A DNA stretch of 64,000 nt from Eledone cirrhosa (GCA_964016885.1 OZ024743.1:127348001-127412000); one strand, 5' to 3'; positions 13,366 to 30,771 are shown, counted from the first letter of the stretch. Numbers and translations: made by a program. The notes: generated by a model not told the origin, from the sequence alone.

Positions 13366-16300
13366 GTTCTTCTGGTTTTATAATTTCACAAAGTTTTACC
13401 AATAGAGAGAGAGTCAGTTTATAACATAGACACAAGACTCTCTCATTGGAATTTACACAACATCAACTAGGTAGATATGTATGTATGCATGCATGTGTAG
13501 ATATGATGTTATTGTATGTGTGGATGTGGATGTTTTGAGTTGTATGTGTGCATGTGTATATGCTTTGTATCTGCACATGTGTATATGCAGTTATTAGATG
13601 CAACATTTTTGGAATGTTTTACATATTTTTACTGTTCCATTAATGGATTGTACTTGTAGTTTCCTAACTAGTTGTGTTCTTTCTGTTCCTGTGAAGCCTA
13701 GCTTCTCAAGATTTGTATTGAGGCAGTTACTAACATACCCCAGTGCCCCAATAATCACAGGCATAAATCTGAAGGTCTAATCAGGGTGGAGTATCTGCAG
13801 ATTTCTCATCAGTTCTGCATAAATATTCTCCTTTTCACTAATCTTTGATATTATATTGGCATCTGCTGAGCAGCTAATTTCCACTACTGAGCATGCTTTC
13901 TTCTCCCTGTCCCATATCATAATATCTGGTCTGTTATGCCTGCATTTTATTGGGGTTTTTACTGGAACATTCCACCAGTACTCTTTCATATTATGTACAT
14001 GGATGTCTTCCACATTGTTGTAGCTTTTAATGTGTTTATTATCGGGGCTGTCTTTTTTTATGAACTGCATTGTACAATGTTTTGGCCACTACATCATGCC
14101 TCATAGGTAGATAGTACTGCGATGATATCTTTGGACAGCTGCTGATGACATGGGTGATATCCTCTGCATTTGTTATCACATCTAGGTGTTTTGCCTGCAT
14201 CCCTATCTCTTTTGTGAATCAGGTATTTCGGGCTAATCTCCTGTTCTTGGATTGCAAAAGCGTATCCTACAAAGTGGGAGCCAATATAGCGGTTGTTGGT
14301 CCAAGATAGACTACTTTCCTTATCTATATTACTCTCACTCTGGAGCTTCCTGGCAACATATCCATGCATGATTTTTTGCTGATAGGCATGCAGTTTTTCA
14401 TCCATGGATTCACTGCTATACTGCTGAGCGACATCCCTTGGTGTGAGTTTTTGATTATCACACAGGGAATATCTCTCAAGGAGTTCCTTCCCAACTCTCA
14501 TGATCTTATCTGTTTCATGCAGATAGACTTGCTCGAGAAGAAGGCTCCTACGCTTCGAGGTTCGTAGATGTTGTCGGAGAGATATGATGCGACAATCAAA
14601 TGTTGTCTGGACTGATGTTAGGCCTCTGCCTCCCTGCTTACGTTTCAAGTAAAGGCGGTCTATGTCACTGTTGATGTGGAAGTTTCCGGTGTTGTTCAGT
14701 ATTTTTCGAGTTCCAACATCAACTGCTCGGATTTCGTCTATCGTCCAATTGAGTATTCCAAACGTTGGTGTTAGGACAGGCACAGCAAACACATTGTGAG
14801 CCACTGTTTTGTTTTGCGCAGAGAGTTCCGATGACCAGATCTTTCTTAATCGGGTGTAGTATTCCCTGGTTATGTGTTCTTTATTACAGATACCATTATA
14901 GGATATGTTCTCATCTATTCCCAGGTATCTGTAGCAGTCCTCATCAGATATCAGTGAAACAGTTAGACCATTGATGACAATGTTGCTAGATTGGGTTGTT
15001 GTTTTTTCCCGTTTTACAGTCATGTATGAGCATTTATCTTGGCCAAACTCCATTCCTATATCCTTTGAGAACGTTGTAACCAAGTCAAGATTTTTCTTCC
15101 CCCCATCCATGTTCTTGGCATAGAGTTTCAGATCGTCCACAAAGAAGTTATGGGTTAGGTTCGTATTTCTGTCCTCCTGTGAGCCAATGATGTATCCCTC
15201 ACATTTCTTGAGCAGAAAGGACAAGGGGTTTAATGACAAGATGAACAATATCACAGAGAGACTGTCCCCCTGAAATATACTCCTGCAATATTTTATTTTA
15301 TCAGTGAAAATAGAGTCCTCACTCTCTGTCTTTAACCTTAGGATAGTATCCCAAGAAGAAGACAGCCTCTCTATGGCTCTGACAATAATGTCTGGGACTT
15401 TAGCAAGTTGGAGGGCCTCTATCATCCAAGAGTGGGGAACAGAATCGAAAGCTTTCTTGTAGTCCAGCCAGACTGTAGTCATATTCCTCCGACATCGCAG
15501 TTTTGTTGATTAGGAGTTGTTCAGCACATCCCCAAACCCTTTTCTTTCCAGCTGCTTGTTCATCTGTGATGATGTTATTATTTTCACAGTGATCTTGGAG
15601 GAATAGGTTGAGGCAGGCTGTATACATCTTATTCATCAGGTTCTGGCATGCAATGGGTCGGTAGTTTTTTGCCAAGTGGGTGTCTTTGTTCTTGGGGACC
15701 AGTAACGTTTGTGCTAATGTCAACCATTCTGGTATAAGTGTATCACCCTTAAGAACTTGTTGGTAAAGGTCAGTAAGATACCTCCGATAGAATATTAGTT
15801 TTTTGTACCAGTAGCCAACAATCATGTCTCTTCCTGGTGTTTTCTTATCTTGGAGTTTTCCTATCACAGTCTCAAGGGTACCCTCACTTATTTCGTATGT
15901 TTTTGTTGTAGTGTAGGAGCAATAGTTCTTTTGGATTTCTCTTAGCCACACTGCATCTTGGTTGAAATTCTTCTTTTCACCCTATATTTTTCTCCAAAAG
16001 GAATCTGTCTTTCTGGGATGGGGCCTCAGTGACACTTATTATTTTGCCCTTCATATCTCTATAGACTGATGTTTGGTTTCGTCTGAATCTTTTATTAAGA
16101 ATTTTTCTGTCGTCTACCGTCTTCGGGTATCAGCGTTTTTCGCTAACAGCTCTCAATTCTTATTTGAGGGTGATGAGCTTATATTGGAGAGTTCTGGTTC
16201 TACTGTTACCAAACATCGTCTCCATTTTATTTTTCACTCTTTGTTGGTGAGGAGTGAGGTTTTTTTGTGTTTGTTTGCATGTAAGGAGCATTGTCACATG

Positions 16301-16419
16301 TCCTGTTTTTTCGTAGGTCAGCACTCTTTTTTTCTATTTTAGTTATATATGATGATATTTTTGGTGGTGTTTTGTTCTTGTTAATATCTCTGCTATCACC
16401 AAGATAATGCTTCACTGTC
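13366..16419 (-). mobile_element. R4/Dong-like non-LTR retrotransposon (RT, zinc knuckle, RLE), 5'-truncated and frameshifted, in (CATA)n
   Basis: NYRPIAC, DYKKAFDSVPH, FQGDSLS, FVDDLK, GGRGL, HNRPDIMIWD..VEISC..K..Y; both ends abut (TATG)n. Confidence 0.9.
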
Positions 16420-16504
16420 ATGTATGTATGTATGTATGTATGTATGTATGTATGTATGTATGTATGTATGTATGTATGTGTGTATGTCTGTATGTCTGTC
16501 TGTC

Positions 16505-17000
16505 TGTCTGGTCACCAGTTGGTGCTACTGGTAACATGTATCCCAGTACAACCTGTCTCATGGTCGGGTCGTTGGCGACTAAACTGGCAACCCCACCAAG
16601 GTTTCGATGGTGACTTTGGACATCCTGCAGGACTAAAAACAAAACCTGTCAAAGGGCAAAGGAGCTCTTAAGAGTCAATGGCCATCCAAAATCACCGGGA
16701 GAGATGACCCCCTTAGCCTTTGTCAAGGCATAATTCTAGGAGAAGGAAAACTCTGATATAGCACCTGAGACCCTGATGGTATCCAATGATGTTGACTTGT
16801 TCTTCTTTTTGGTAAATATCATCTTGGTTAAGAGAGTGGGACTGGCTTTGTGCAGTGCCTTTGCTCACTATAAAAGCTTCATGGCACAGGCATTGCTTTA
16901 TATCTGGAGATCTCTCTGCACTTGTCGTCACATGGTACCATAGGCCTAGCACTATGTGTCAATAATTGTCACAAGTGTAGTGTTTGTACCAGAGTTTTCA
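16505..17000. mobile_element. Non-coding repeat homologous (reverse complement) to 48774-49265
   Basis: TGTCTGGT..CTACTGGTAACATGTA..GTCTCATGGTC..GGAAAACTCTGA shared with 49020-49265; abuts (TATG)n. Confidence 0.7.
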
Positions 17001-17234
17001 AGTTGCTGGCTGGACTAAAGAGTCATTCTATTCCAAAATTTGCTCCTATACAAATGACTTCCAAACATCTGATCCACCGAAACTCGGCCGTTTCGGACCA
17101 TACCAAAATCAACATACTGATTGCAGATTTGGTACGGGTGATGAGAAACATGTCCCGCATGTGCAACCCTGAAGAACTAGAGAGACACATACAACACTTC
17201 ATCCACCGTATGCAGTTCTCTGGCTACAATCAGA

Positions 17235-17930
17235 GTGTATAGAGGAGCCAGAACCAAATGGGAAAAAATGGTAAATAATGACATAAATGGGACCTGCCCC
17301 TTGTACAGGAGCAAATTTTGGAATAGAATAGAAAGAACTAGGAACAAGGCTAATAGAATAAACTCATGGTATGATAGCAATAAATACCAGAGTGTAATGT
17401 TCATCGATACAACCCCTAGAGGTGAATTAGCTTACAAATTTAGAAGGGCCCTAGATAAACATAAACTCAATATTAAGATAGTAGAAAGACCAGGTACCTC
17501 CGTAAAAACACTTATTAGCAAGACATACCCTTTTCAAAGACCCTCATGTATAGATAAGAAATGTATAACCTGTAAAATAAGCCCCCATATTAACTGTAAA
17601 ACTAGAAATGTAGTGTATAGCATAAGATGTACTGAAGGACAATGTAGAGACAAAAATATAGTGTACATAGGTAAGACAGCTCGTAGTGTAGGGGAACGGA
17701 TAAATGAACACTGGCGAGACCTTCAAGATAGTAAAGAATCATCTGTACTCTACCAACATGCTAAAATAGAACACAAGGGTAAATTAGAGAACATAGAAAT
17801 AAAAATAGAATCTACACACAGAAAAGACGCAATGTTTAGACAAATCACAGAGGCAATAAACATAAAAGAATTACAACCAAAATTAAATAGAAAATATGAG
17901 TGGAACAGCAACATCACAACTTACAATTAA
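17235..17930 (+). pseudogene. PLE polyprotein C-terminal fragment with GIY-YIG endonuclease
   Basis: VVY..YIG.T.R...R..EH...E...N motif order; no RT core upstream. Confidence 0.85.
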
Positions 17931-18130
17931 GGACAAAATGAAAATACACACACACATAGAACAAACAACCAACCAGTAACATATAAATAAACAAATAAAT
18001 AAATGAACATAAACACACACAGACACACGGATGTGGCGCATGCGCAGACTGAGCACACAACACACGCACAGAAACAAAATGGCGTAGGACAGAACAAAGG
18101 AGAGGCACAGAAACAAAGAAAGGAATCCCC

Positions 18131-18175
18131 AGTCACTGAAGAGGTCACAGAGTGTTTGACGAAAGAACTATGACT
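18131..18175 (+). ncRNA. Minimal type I hammerhead ribozyme in the PLE pLTR
   Basis: agtca CTGAAGA g gtcacagagtgtttgac GAAA gaac TA tgact; copies at 28472-28516 (-), 30007-30051 (+), 32845-32889 (-). Confidence 0.8.
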
Positions 18176-18391
18176 ATATATATATATAAACAACTATCTG
18201 GTTGTGGAACCAACCAACCAACCAGAAATTTATAAATTTATAAATTTATTATGAATTTATTATAATAAATTGAAGTGAAAGCAACTGGTGCGTGTATTTC
18301 TTATTGGCAACATAACCCTCCCAAAGTATAACAATATCGGTTTCAACACACGATTTCAGATAAAGAATCTTGCTAAACAAATTCAGAAACG

Positions 18392-18413
18392 ATATATATA
18401 TATAAATATACAT

Positions 18414-18444
<31 letters not shown>

Positions 18445-18621
18445 AATTTATATATATATATATATAAATACATATATATATATAAATACATATATATATA
18501 TATATAGTATATATAGTATATATATATATATATATAAATATATATATATAAATATGTATATAAATACATATATATATATAAATACATATATATATATATA
18601 TAGTATATATATATATAGTAT

Positions 18622-18652
<31 letters not shown>

Positions 18653-18716
18653 GTATATATATATATAAATATATATATATATAGTATATATATATATAAA
18701 TATATATATATATAGT

Positions 18717-18755
<39 letters not shown>

Positions 18756-18782
18756 AATATATATATATATAAATATAAATAC

Positions 18783-18817
<35 letters not shown>

Positions 18818-19068
18818 AATACATATATATATATATATAAATACATATATATATATAGTATATATATAAATACATATATATATATAGTATATATATATAT
18901 ATAAATATATATATATAAATATATATATATAAATATATATATATATAAATAAATATATATATATATATATAAATAAATATATATATATATATAAATAAAT
19001 ATATATATATATATATAAATAGATATATATATATATAAATAAATATATATATATATATATAAATAAAT

Positions 19069-19103
<35 letters not shown>

Positions 19104-19176
19104 AATAATTATATATATATAAATATATATATATATATAAATAAATATATATAAATATATATATATAAATAAATAT

Positions 19177-19275
<99 letters not shown>

Positions 19276-19280
19276 AATAA

Positions 19281-19312
<32 letters not shown>

Positions 19313-19342
19313 ATACTATATATATATATGTATTTATATATA
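18392..19342. repeat. Interrupted (TA)n microsatellite
   Basis: TA repeat with TAAA/TACA/TAGT variants. Confidence 0.98.
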
Positions 19343-19345
19343 GAT

Positions 19346-19690
19346 GGAGGCACATGGCTTAGTTGTTAGAGCATTGAACTTGCAATCGAAAGATTGTGAG
19401 TTCAATTCTCAGACCGGGTGATGTGTTGTTTCCTTGAGCAAGACACTTTATTTCACATTGCTCCAGTTTACTCAGCTGTAGAAATGAGATGATAGGGACT
19501 GGGGTCCCTATCATTCCACTGCAAGGTGGTCGTGGAGGTGCCACAGCAAAAAAAGTACCCAGCACTCACTGTAAATGAGGTTGGTGTTAGGAAGGGCATC
19601 CAGCTGTAGAAATCAAGCCAGAATCAGTTCCCGTCCCACCCTTGCAAGCAGGGAAAAGCGGACGTAAAATGAAATGATGATGATGATGAT
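19346..19690 (+). mobile_element. tRNA-derived CORE-type SINE with RTE tail
   Basis: Full-length paralogue of 2368-2702, embedded in (TA)n. Confidence 0.9.
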
Positions 19691-19728
19691 ATATATATAT
19701 AAATAAATATATATATATATATATATAG

Positions 19729-19797
<69 letters not shown>

Positions 19798-19868
19798 TAT
19801 ATATATATATATATATAAATATATATATAAATAAATATATATATATATAAATATATATATAAATAAAT

Positions 19869-19901
<33 letters not shown>

Positions 19902-19902
19902 A

Positions 19903-19933
<31 letters not shown>

Positions 19934-20042
19934 AATATATATATAAATATATATATAAATATATATATATAAATATACATAAATATATATATATATATAA
20001 ATATACATAAATATATATATATATATAAATATACATAAATAT

Positions 20043-20073
<31 letters not shown>

Positions 20074-20086
20074 AATATACATAAAT

Positions 20087-20118
<32 letters not shown>

Positions 20119-20119
20119 T

Positions 20120-20215
<96 letters not shown>

Positions 20216-20240
20216 TACATAAATATATATATACATAAAT

Positions 20241-20273
<33 letters not shown>

Positions 20274-20287
20274 AATATATATATATA

Positions 20288-20319
<32 letters not shown>

Positions 20320-20326
20320 AATATAT

Positions 20327-20410
<84 letters not shown>

Positions 20411-20432
20411 ATAAATATATATATATATATAT
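19691..20432. repeat. Interrupted (TA)n microsatellite
   Basis: Direct observation. Confidence 0.98.
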
Positions 20433-23314
<2,882 letters not shown>

Positions 23315-23529
23315 AAATATTAAAAAAATGATGAATAAAACGATGAAACAGTTCCTTATATTAAACAAAAAAAGTTCATTATTTAACGATCGTTTCTAGG
23401 ACATATATGTGTTAGAATTGGCATGCAAAGTGATTTTTGAATGCATCTCTTCTTTCCATGATAACCGGATTACATTGAGTTCTTCATACGGATTGGACAC
23501 TACCGTAAACTCTTGGTAGATTTATCTAC

Positions 23530-23758
<229 letters not shown>

Positions 23759-23761
23759 TTC

Positions 23762-26700
23762 GATATATGATGGATGGATGGATGGACGGACTGCGGAATC
23801 CTGGAGAGTGGAAGGGAGAGAAAAATCTGGACGCTCAGAGCGAAAATGCCAATGCTAAAGTCAAATTCACCTCGTGGACGAGAATGCGAGCACTCTTCTT
23901 TGTTTCGCCCGCGGATGGCTAACATAACCCCATCTCCCCCGCCCCACACCACCCTCCAAACGCGATCCAAAACTTCAGAGTTGGTACCATAAATGTAGGC
24001 ACCCTAAAGGGGCGCGCTAACGAGGTTGTAGAAATGCTTGAACGTAAGGAGGTCGATGTTTGTTGTATTCAAGAGACCAGGTGGAGGGGTGGGTCTGCTA
24101 GATTCATTGAGGGTAAAAAACGATGTTATAAGCTTTTCTGGGTGGGAAACGACGATGGGCTGGGTGGAGTAGGAATCATGGTAGCAGAAAAGTGGGCGGA
24201 TAAGATAATAGACGTAAATAGAGTGAACGACAGAATAATTAAAATACGACTTGTCCTCAATAGAACTACGGTGACAGTAATATCTGCGTACGCACCCCAA
24301 TCCGGACTGCCCGGCACTATAAAAGACAGATTCTATGAGACACTGATGCTCACTACCTCCCAAATATCTGACAGTGACTATATAATTATTGCAGGCGACC
24401 TAAATGGTCACGTTGGGCAACATTGTGACGGCTACGACGAAATCCATGGAGGCTATGGGTTTGGTACTAGAAATGAGGAAGGCTCCAGAATCCTGGAATT
24501 CTGTGATGCAAATAACCTAACTATCTGTAACACTAACTTCAAAAAACGTGACAATCACCTGATCACCTATAGATCCGGGGAACACACAAGCCAGGTAGAT
24601 TATATCCTTACCAGAAGACGTGACAGAGTGTCTGTTGTAAACACTAAATCCCTCCCCCATGAAGAATGCACCTCCCAACATAGACTGATAATTAGCGACC
24701 TCATAGTCAGGACGAGACGTACTCGACAGCAGAAGAGGACTATCCTCAGGAGAAAAATATGGAAGCTAAAGGACCCCACAGCCAGAAATAAATTTCAAAA
24801 CATATTACTTGATGCTTTCGACAGTAAGGAAGAACATTTAGAGTCGGACAATATAGAGGGACAGTGGGAATTTCTGAAAGCAAACCTGCTGTTGGCCACA
24901 GACGAAGTCTGTGGCTGGAGCAGGCCTGTAGGCAGGAGGAGAGTAACATGGTGGTGGAACAGTAAGGTGGAGGGGTCAATTAAGGCCAAAAAGCAGGCTT
25001 GGAAAGTATGGCGGGATGGGGGAAGTAGAGTAGACTATCAAGTGGCCAGGAGGGAAGCTAGGCGAGAAGTGTACTTAGCAAGAAGGGAAGCTGAGGAAAG
25101 AAAGTTCAAGCATGTCCTACAACGCGATGACCAAAAACGTGAGGTGTTCAGGATTGCTAGGCAATGTGTCAAGGAAAACCGTGATATTGTCGGGGAGAAG
25201 TGTGTACTTAACGATGATGGCATACTTGCCATCACCGACACTGATAAGAAGGTAGCTTGGAAGTGTTAGTCGAGGGGAGTATAATAAGTAAGGCAATCAA
25301 GGATATGAAGACAGGTAAGGCGGCTGGGCCTTCGGAAATAGTTGCTGAGATGCTGAAGGCATCTGGCACGGTGGGACACACCATGGTCACCCGCATAGTT
25401 AACCAAGTCGTACAGAATGGGGTTGTTCCGAAGGACTGGCATAGCAGCATCATCGTTAACTGTTATAAGGGTAAAGGAGACGCCCTAGATAGGAGTAACT
25501 ATAGAGGCATTAAATTAATCGACCAGGTCATGAAGGTCACAGAAAAAGTAATAGCGCAACTAATCAGAGAGAGAATTGACCTAGATGAAATGCAGTTCGG
25601 GTTTGTGTCAGGCAAAAGTACCACAGACGCTCTTTTCATAGTACGACAACTACAGGAGAAGTACCTAGCTAAAGGTAAACCCCTCTACTTAGCTTTTGTC
25701 GACTTGGAGAAAGCCTTCGACAGAGTCCCCCGCTCCATTATCTGGTGGGCTCTTAGAAAACTAGGCGTTGACGAATGGCTTGTGAGGGCTATACAAGCCA
25801 TGTATAAAGAAACAGTCAGCAAGGTTAGAATTAACAACGAATATAGTGAAGAGTTTAGCGTAAAAGTTGGCGTCCATCAGGGCTCTGTTCTCAGCCCCCT
25901 ACTATTTATTATTGCCCTTCAGGCTATAACAGAGGAGTTCAAGACAGGCTGCCCATGGGAACTCCTATACGCAGACGACCTGACACTCATAGCGGAATCA
26001 ATGGCCGAGCTAGAGAAGAAATTCCAAACATGGAAGCACGGCCTAGAGTCAAAAGGACTTAAAATTAACCTGGCTAAGACCAAAGTTCTAGTTTGTAGGA
26101 AAGAAAACAAGGCGGCGGTCCCTTCTGGGAAATGGTCGTGCTCGGTGTGTAGGAAAGGCGTAGGTAGAAACTCCATTTTGTGTCCTAAATGCAAAGTATG
26201 GGTGCATAAAAGATGTAGTGGGATCACAGGTAAGCTAACTAAGAACATAGATTTTACATGTGGCCGGTGTTCTGGTGCAATAAGTAGCAGCAAGTGCCCA
26301 CAAAATACTAGCTCTTTCAATTGCGCAGAGGGTTCTATAGAAATAGTGGACAGCTTCCGTTACCTGGGCGATAAAATCAGCAGTGGGGGAGGGTGCTCTG
26401 AAAGTACTGTAGCAAGAGTCAGAACTGGTTGGAAAAAGTTCAGAGAGCTTATACCACTATTAGCTGCTAAAGGGTTCTCCCTAAAAATGAAAGGCAGGTT
26501 GTACGATGCCTGCATACGAACAGCAATGTTGCATGGCAGTGAGACCTGGGCATTGTGTGCAGAGGATATACGCAGACTAGAGAGGAACGAAGCTTGCATG
26601 CTCCGCTGGATGTGTAACAGTAATATACGTGAACGGCAAAGCATAAACGAACTAAGGAAAAAATTAGAGATAAGAGGGATCAGATGTTGTTTACTCGAGA

Positions 26701-27294
26701 GAAGGCTACGTTGGTATGGACACGTGATGCGCATGAAAGTCGATAGCTGTATAACAAAGTGCATGGCAATAAAGATAGACGGTAGCCACGGAATAGGCAG
26801 ACCTAGAAAAACCTGGGACGAGCTGATAAACTCCGACCTCACACACTTACACCTCTCCAAGACAATGTCACTGGACCGAGACCTTTGGCGGTACTCAGTA
26901 ACAGAGAAGACCCGCCTTGCCAGTAGGCATCTCTAACAAAATACACCCCGTCCCACCACCCCCACCCCCACCCCATCCACACCACCCCGTCCTATGTAAA
27001 GTTATGTTGGTGCCGCGCCATCCGGGCCGAAACAAATGAGATCGTGTAGGTGTCACGACAAAAAAACACACAGTCCACGCTGTAATGTGGCCGTGTAGGC
27101 AACACGGTAAAAACCTCCCAGACCCACACTGTAAATGTGGTTGGTGTTAGGAAGGGCATCCAACTGTAGAAAACCTGCCAGACAGTCCTATGCGAGCAAG
27201 ACAATCACTCTTGCCTCAAGTGGGACTACCCCCGTCCAAACCCATGCAAGCGTGGAACACGGACGTTAAACGTTGATGATGATGATGATGATGA

Positions 27295-27298
<4 letters not shown>
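23762..27298 (+). mobile_element. Near full-length young RTE LINE (APE-RT-PHD), inactivated by small deletions
   Basis: [17 protein letters not shown] start; ORFs 24034-25269 and 25257-26936 are split by an 85 bp deletion; (GAT)n tail; (TA)n on both sides. Confidence 0.97.
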
Positions 27299-27331
<33 letters not shown>

Positions 27332-27622
27332 TATATATATATGAATATATATATATATATGAATATATATATATATGAATATATATATATATATCTGAAT
27401 ATATATATATATATATATGAATATATATATATATATCTGAATATATATATATATGAATATGAATATATATATATATATATATATAAATATATATAGATAT
27501 ATATATATATAAATATATATAGATATATATAGATATATATATATAGATATATATATATATATATATATATAAATATATATAGATATATAGATATATATAG
27601 GTATATATATATATATATATAA

Positions 27623-27681
<59 letters not shown>

Positions 27682-27912
27682 TATATATATATATATATAT
27701 GAATATATATATATATATCTGAATATATATATATATATCTGAATATATATATATATATATGAATATATATATATATATGAATATGAATATATATATATAT
27801 ATATGAATATGAATATATATATATATATATATATATGAATATGAATATATATATATATATATATATGAATATGAATATATATATATATATATATATATGA
27901 ATATGAATATAT

Positions 27913-27949
<37 letters not shown>

Positions 27950-27960
27950 AATATATATAG

Positions 27961-28003
<43 letters not shown>

Positions 28004-28060
28004 TATATAGATATATAGATATATATAGATATATATATATATATATATAAATATATATAG

Positions 28061-28107
<47 letters not shown>

Positions 28108-28196
28108 TATATAGATATATAGATATATATAGATATATATATATATATATAAATATATATAGATATATATAGATATATATATATATATATATATAA

Positions 28197-28242
<46 letters not shown>
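27299..28242. repeat. Interrupted (TA)n with GAAT/AGAT/CTGAAT variant blocks
   Basis: Direct observation. Confidence 0.98.
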
Positions 28243-28243
<1 letters not shown>

Positions 28244-30211
28244 TATATTTCGTTTCTGAATTTGTTTAACAAGATTCTTTATCTGAAATCGTGTGTTGAA
28301 ACCGATATTGTTACACTTTGGGAGGGTCATGCTGCCAATAAGAAACACACGCACACACACACCAGTTGCTTTCACTTCAATTTAATTTATTAAATATTTA
28401 TAAATTTACAAATTTATAAATTTCTGGTGGGTTGGTTGGTTCCACAACCAGATAGTTGTTTATATATATATAGTCATAGTTCTTTTGTCACACACTCTGT
28501 GACCTCTTCAGTGACTTGGGATTTCTTTCTTCGTTTCTGTGCCTTTCCTTTCTTCTATCCTACGCCATTTTGTTTGTGTGTGGGTTGCGTGCTCAGTTTG
28601 CGCATGCGCCACATCCGGGTGTCTGTGTGTGTTTGTGTTCATTTTTCTATTTTTCTATTTATATTTTTCTATTTGTTTGTTTATTTATTTATTTATTGTT
28701 GGTTGGTTGTTTGTTCTATGTGTGTGTGTGTTTTCATTTTGTCTTGTGTGTGTTTTCATTTTGTGTGTGTTTTCAATTGTAAGTTGTTTGTTCTATGTGT
28801 GTGTGTGTTTTCATTTTGTCCTTAATTGTAAGTTGTGATGTTGCTGTTCCACTCATATTTTCTATTTAATTTTGGTTTTAATTCTTTTATGCTTACTGCC
28901 TCTGTAATTTGCCTAAACATTGCATCTTTCTTGTGTGTGGATTCTATTTTTATTTCTATGCTCTCTAATTTACCCCTGTGTTCTATCTTAGCATGTTGGT
29001 AGAGCACAGATGATTCTTTACTATCTTGGAGGTCTCGCCAGTGTTCATTTATTCGTTCCCCTATACTACGAGCTGTCTCACCTATGTACACTACATTTTT
29101 GTTTCTACATTGTCCTTCAGTACATCTTATGCTATATACTACATTTCTAGTTTTACAGTTAATATGGGGGCTTATTTTACAGGTTATACATTTCTTATCT
29201 ATACATGAGGGTCTTTGGAACGGGTATGTCTTGCTAATAAGTGTTTTTACGGAGGTACCAGGTCTTTCTACTATCTTAATATTGAGATTATGTTTCTTTA
29301 GGGCCCTTCTAAATTTGTAGGCTAGTTCGCCTCTAGGGGTGGAACAGCAACATCACAACTTACAATTAAGGACAAAATGTAGTATATAGCATAAGATGTA
29401 CTGAAGGACAATATAGAAACAAAAATATAGTGTACATAGGTGAGACAGCTCGTAGTATAGGGGAACGAATAAATGAACACTGGCGAGACCTCCAAGATAA
29501 TAAAGAATCATCTGTGCTCTACCAACATGCTAAGATAGAACACAGGGGTAAATTAGAGAGCATAGAAATAAAAATAGAATCCACACACAAGAAAGACGCA
29601 ATGTTTAGGCAAATTACAGAGGCAGTAAGCATAAAAGAATTAAAACCAAAATTAAATAGAAAATATGAGTGGAACAGCAACATCACAACTTACAATTAAG
29701 GACAAAATGAAAACACACACACACACATAGAACAAACAACTTACAATTGAAAACACACACAAAATGAAAACACACACAAGACAAAATGAAAACACACACA
29801 CACATAGAACAAACAACCAACCAACAATAAATAAATAAATAAATAAACAAATATAAAAATATAAATAGAAAAATAGAAAAATGAACACAAACACACACAG
29901 ACACCCGGATGTGGCGCATGCGCAAACTGAGCACGCAACCCACACACAAACAAAATGGCGTAGGATAGAAGAAAGGAAAGGCACAGAAACGAAGAAGGAA
30001 ATCCCCAGTCACTGAAGAGGTCACAGAGTGTGTGACGAAAGAACTATGACTATATATATATATAAACAACTATCTGGTTGTGGAACCAACCAACCAACCA
30101 GAAATTTATAAATTTGTAAATTTATAAATATATAATAAATTAAATTGAAGTGAAAGCAACTGGTGCGTGTGTTTCTTATTGGCAACATGACCCTCCCAAA
30201 GTATAACAATA
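28243..30211. mobile_element. Head-to-head inverted pair of 5'-truncated Penelope-like copies (minus 28243-29340, plus ~29375-30211)
   Basis: GIY-YIG ORFs 28822-29091 (-) and 29430-29699 (+) are nearly identical; pLTRs point outward; (TA)n on both sides. Confidence 0.92.
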
Positions 30212-30259
30212 TATATATATATTTATATTTATATATATATAAATTTATATATTTATATT

Positions 30260-30333
<74 letters not shown>

Positions 30334-30355
30334 AATATATATATATATTTATATT

Positions 30356-30447
<92 letters not shown>

Positions 30448-30589
30448 TATATATATATTTATATTTATATATATATAAATTTATATATATAAATATATAT
30501 ATATATTTATATTTATATATATATAAATTTATATATATATATATAAATATATATATATATTTATATTTATATATATATAAATTTCTATT

Positions 30590-30647
<58 letters not shown>

Positions 30648-30771
30648 AATATATATATATATTTATATTTATATATATATAAATTTATATATTTATATTT
30701 ATATATATATAAATTTATATATTTATATTTATATATATATAAATTTATATATTTATATTTATATATATATA

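Larger units (their letters stand above)
17052..18391 (+). mobile_element. Penelope-like element (probably Nematis-type), 5'-truncated: RT thumb, GIY-YIG, pLTR
   Basis: ORF 17235-17930 with a Cys-rich linker and NVVYSIRC..VYIGKTARSVGERINEH..EA..LN; HHR in the pLTR; 3' end runs into (TA)n. Confidence 0.9.

Noticed and set aside
16505-16590. HDV-like ribozyme (hairpin followed by CTAA-ACTGG)
   Set aside because: P1/P3/P1.1 could not be built consistently in both this copy and the 49180-49265 copy
19346-19417. tRNA gene (anticodon-like TTGCAAT)
   Set aside because: No proper acceptor stem; it is the head of a multicopy SINE with CORE and RTE tail
23375-23495. Hammerhead on the minus strand (GAAA cgatcg TT; ATGAAGA)
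   Set aside because: Core altered and no stem I pairing; similar ghosts at ~10620, ~32090-32118 and ~60470 are also too degenerate to call
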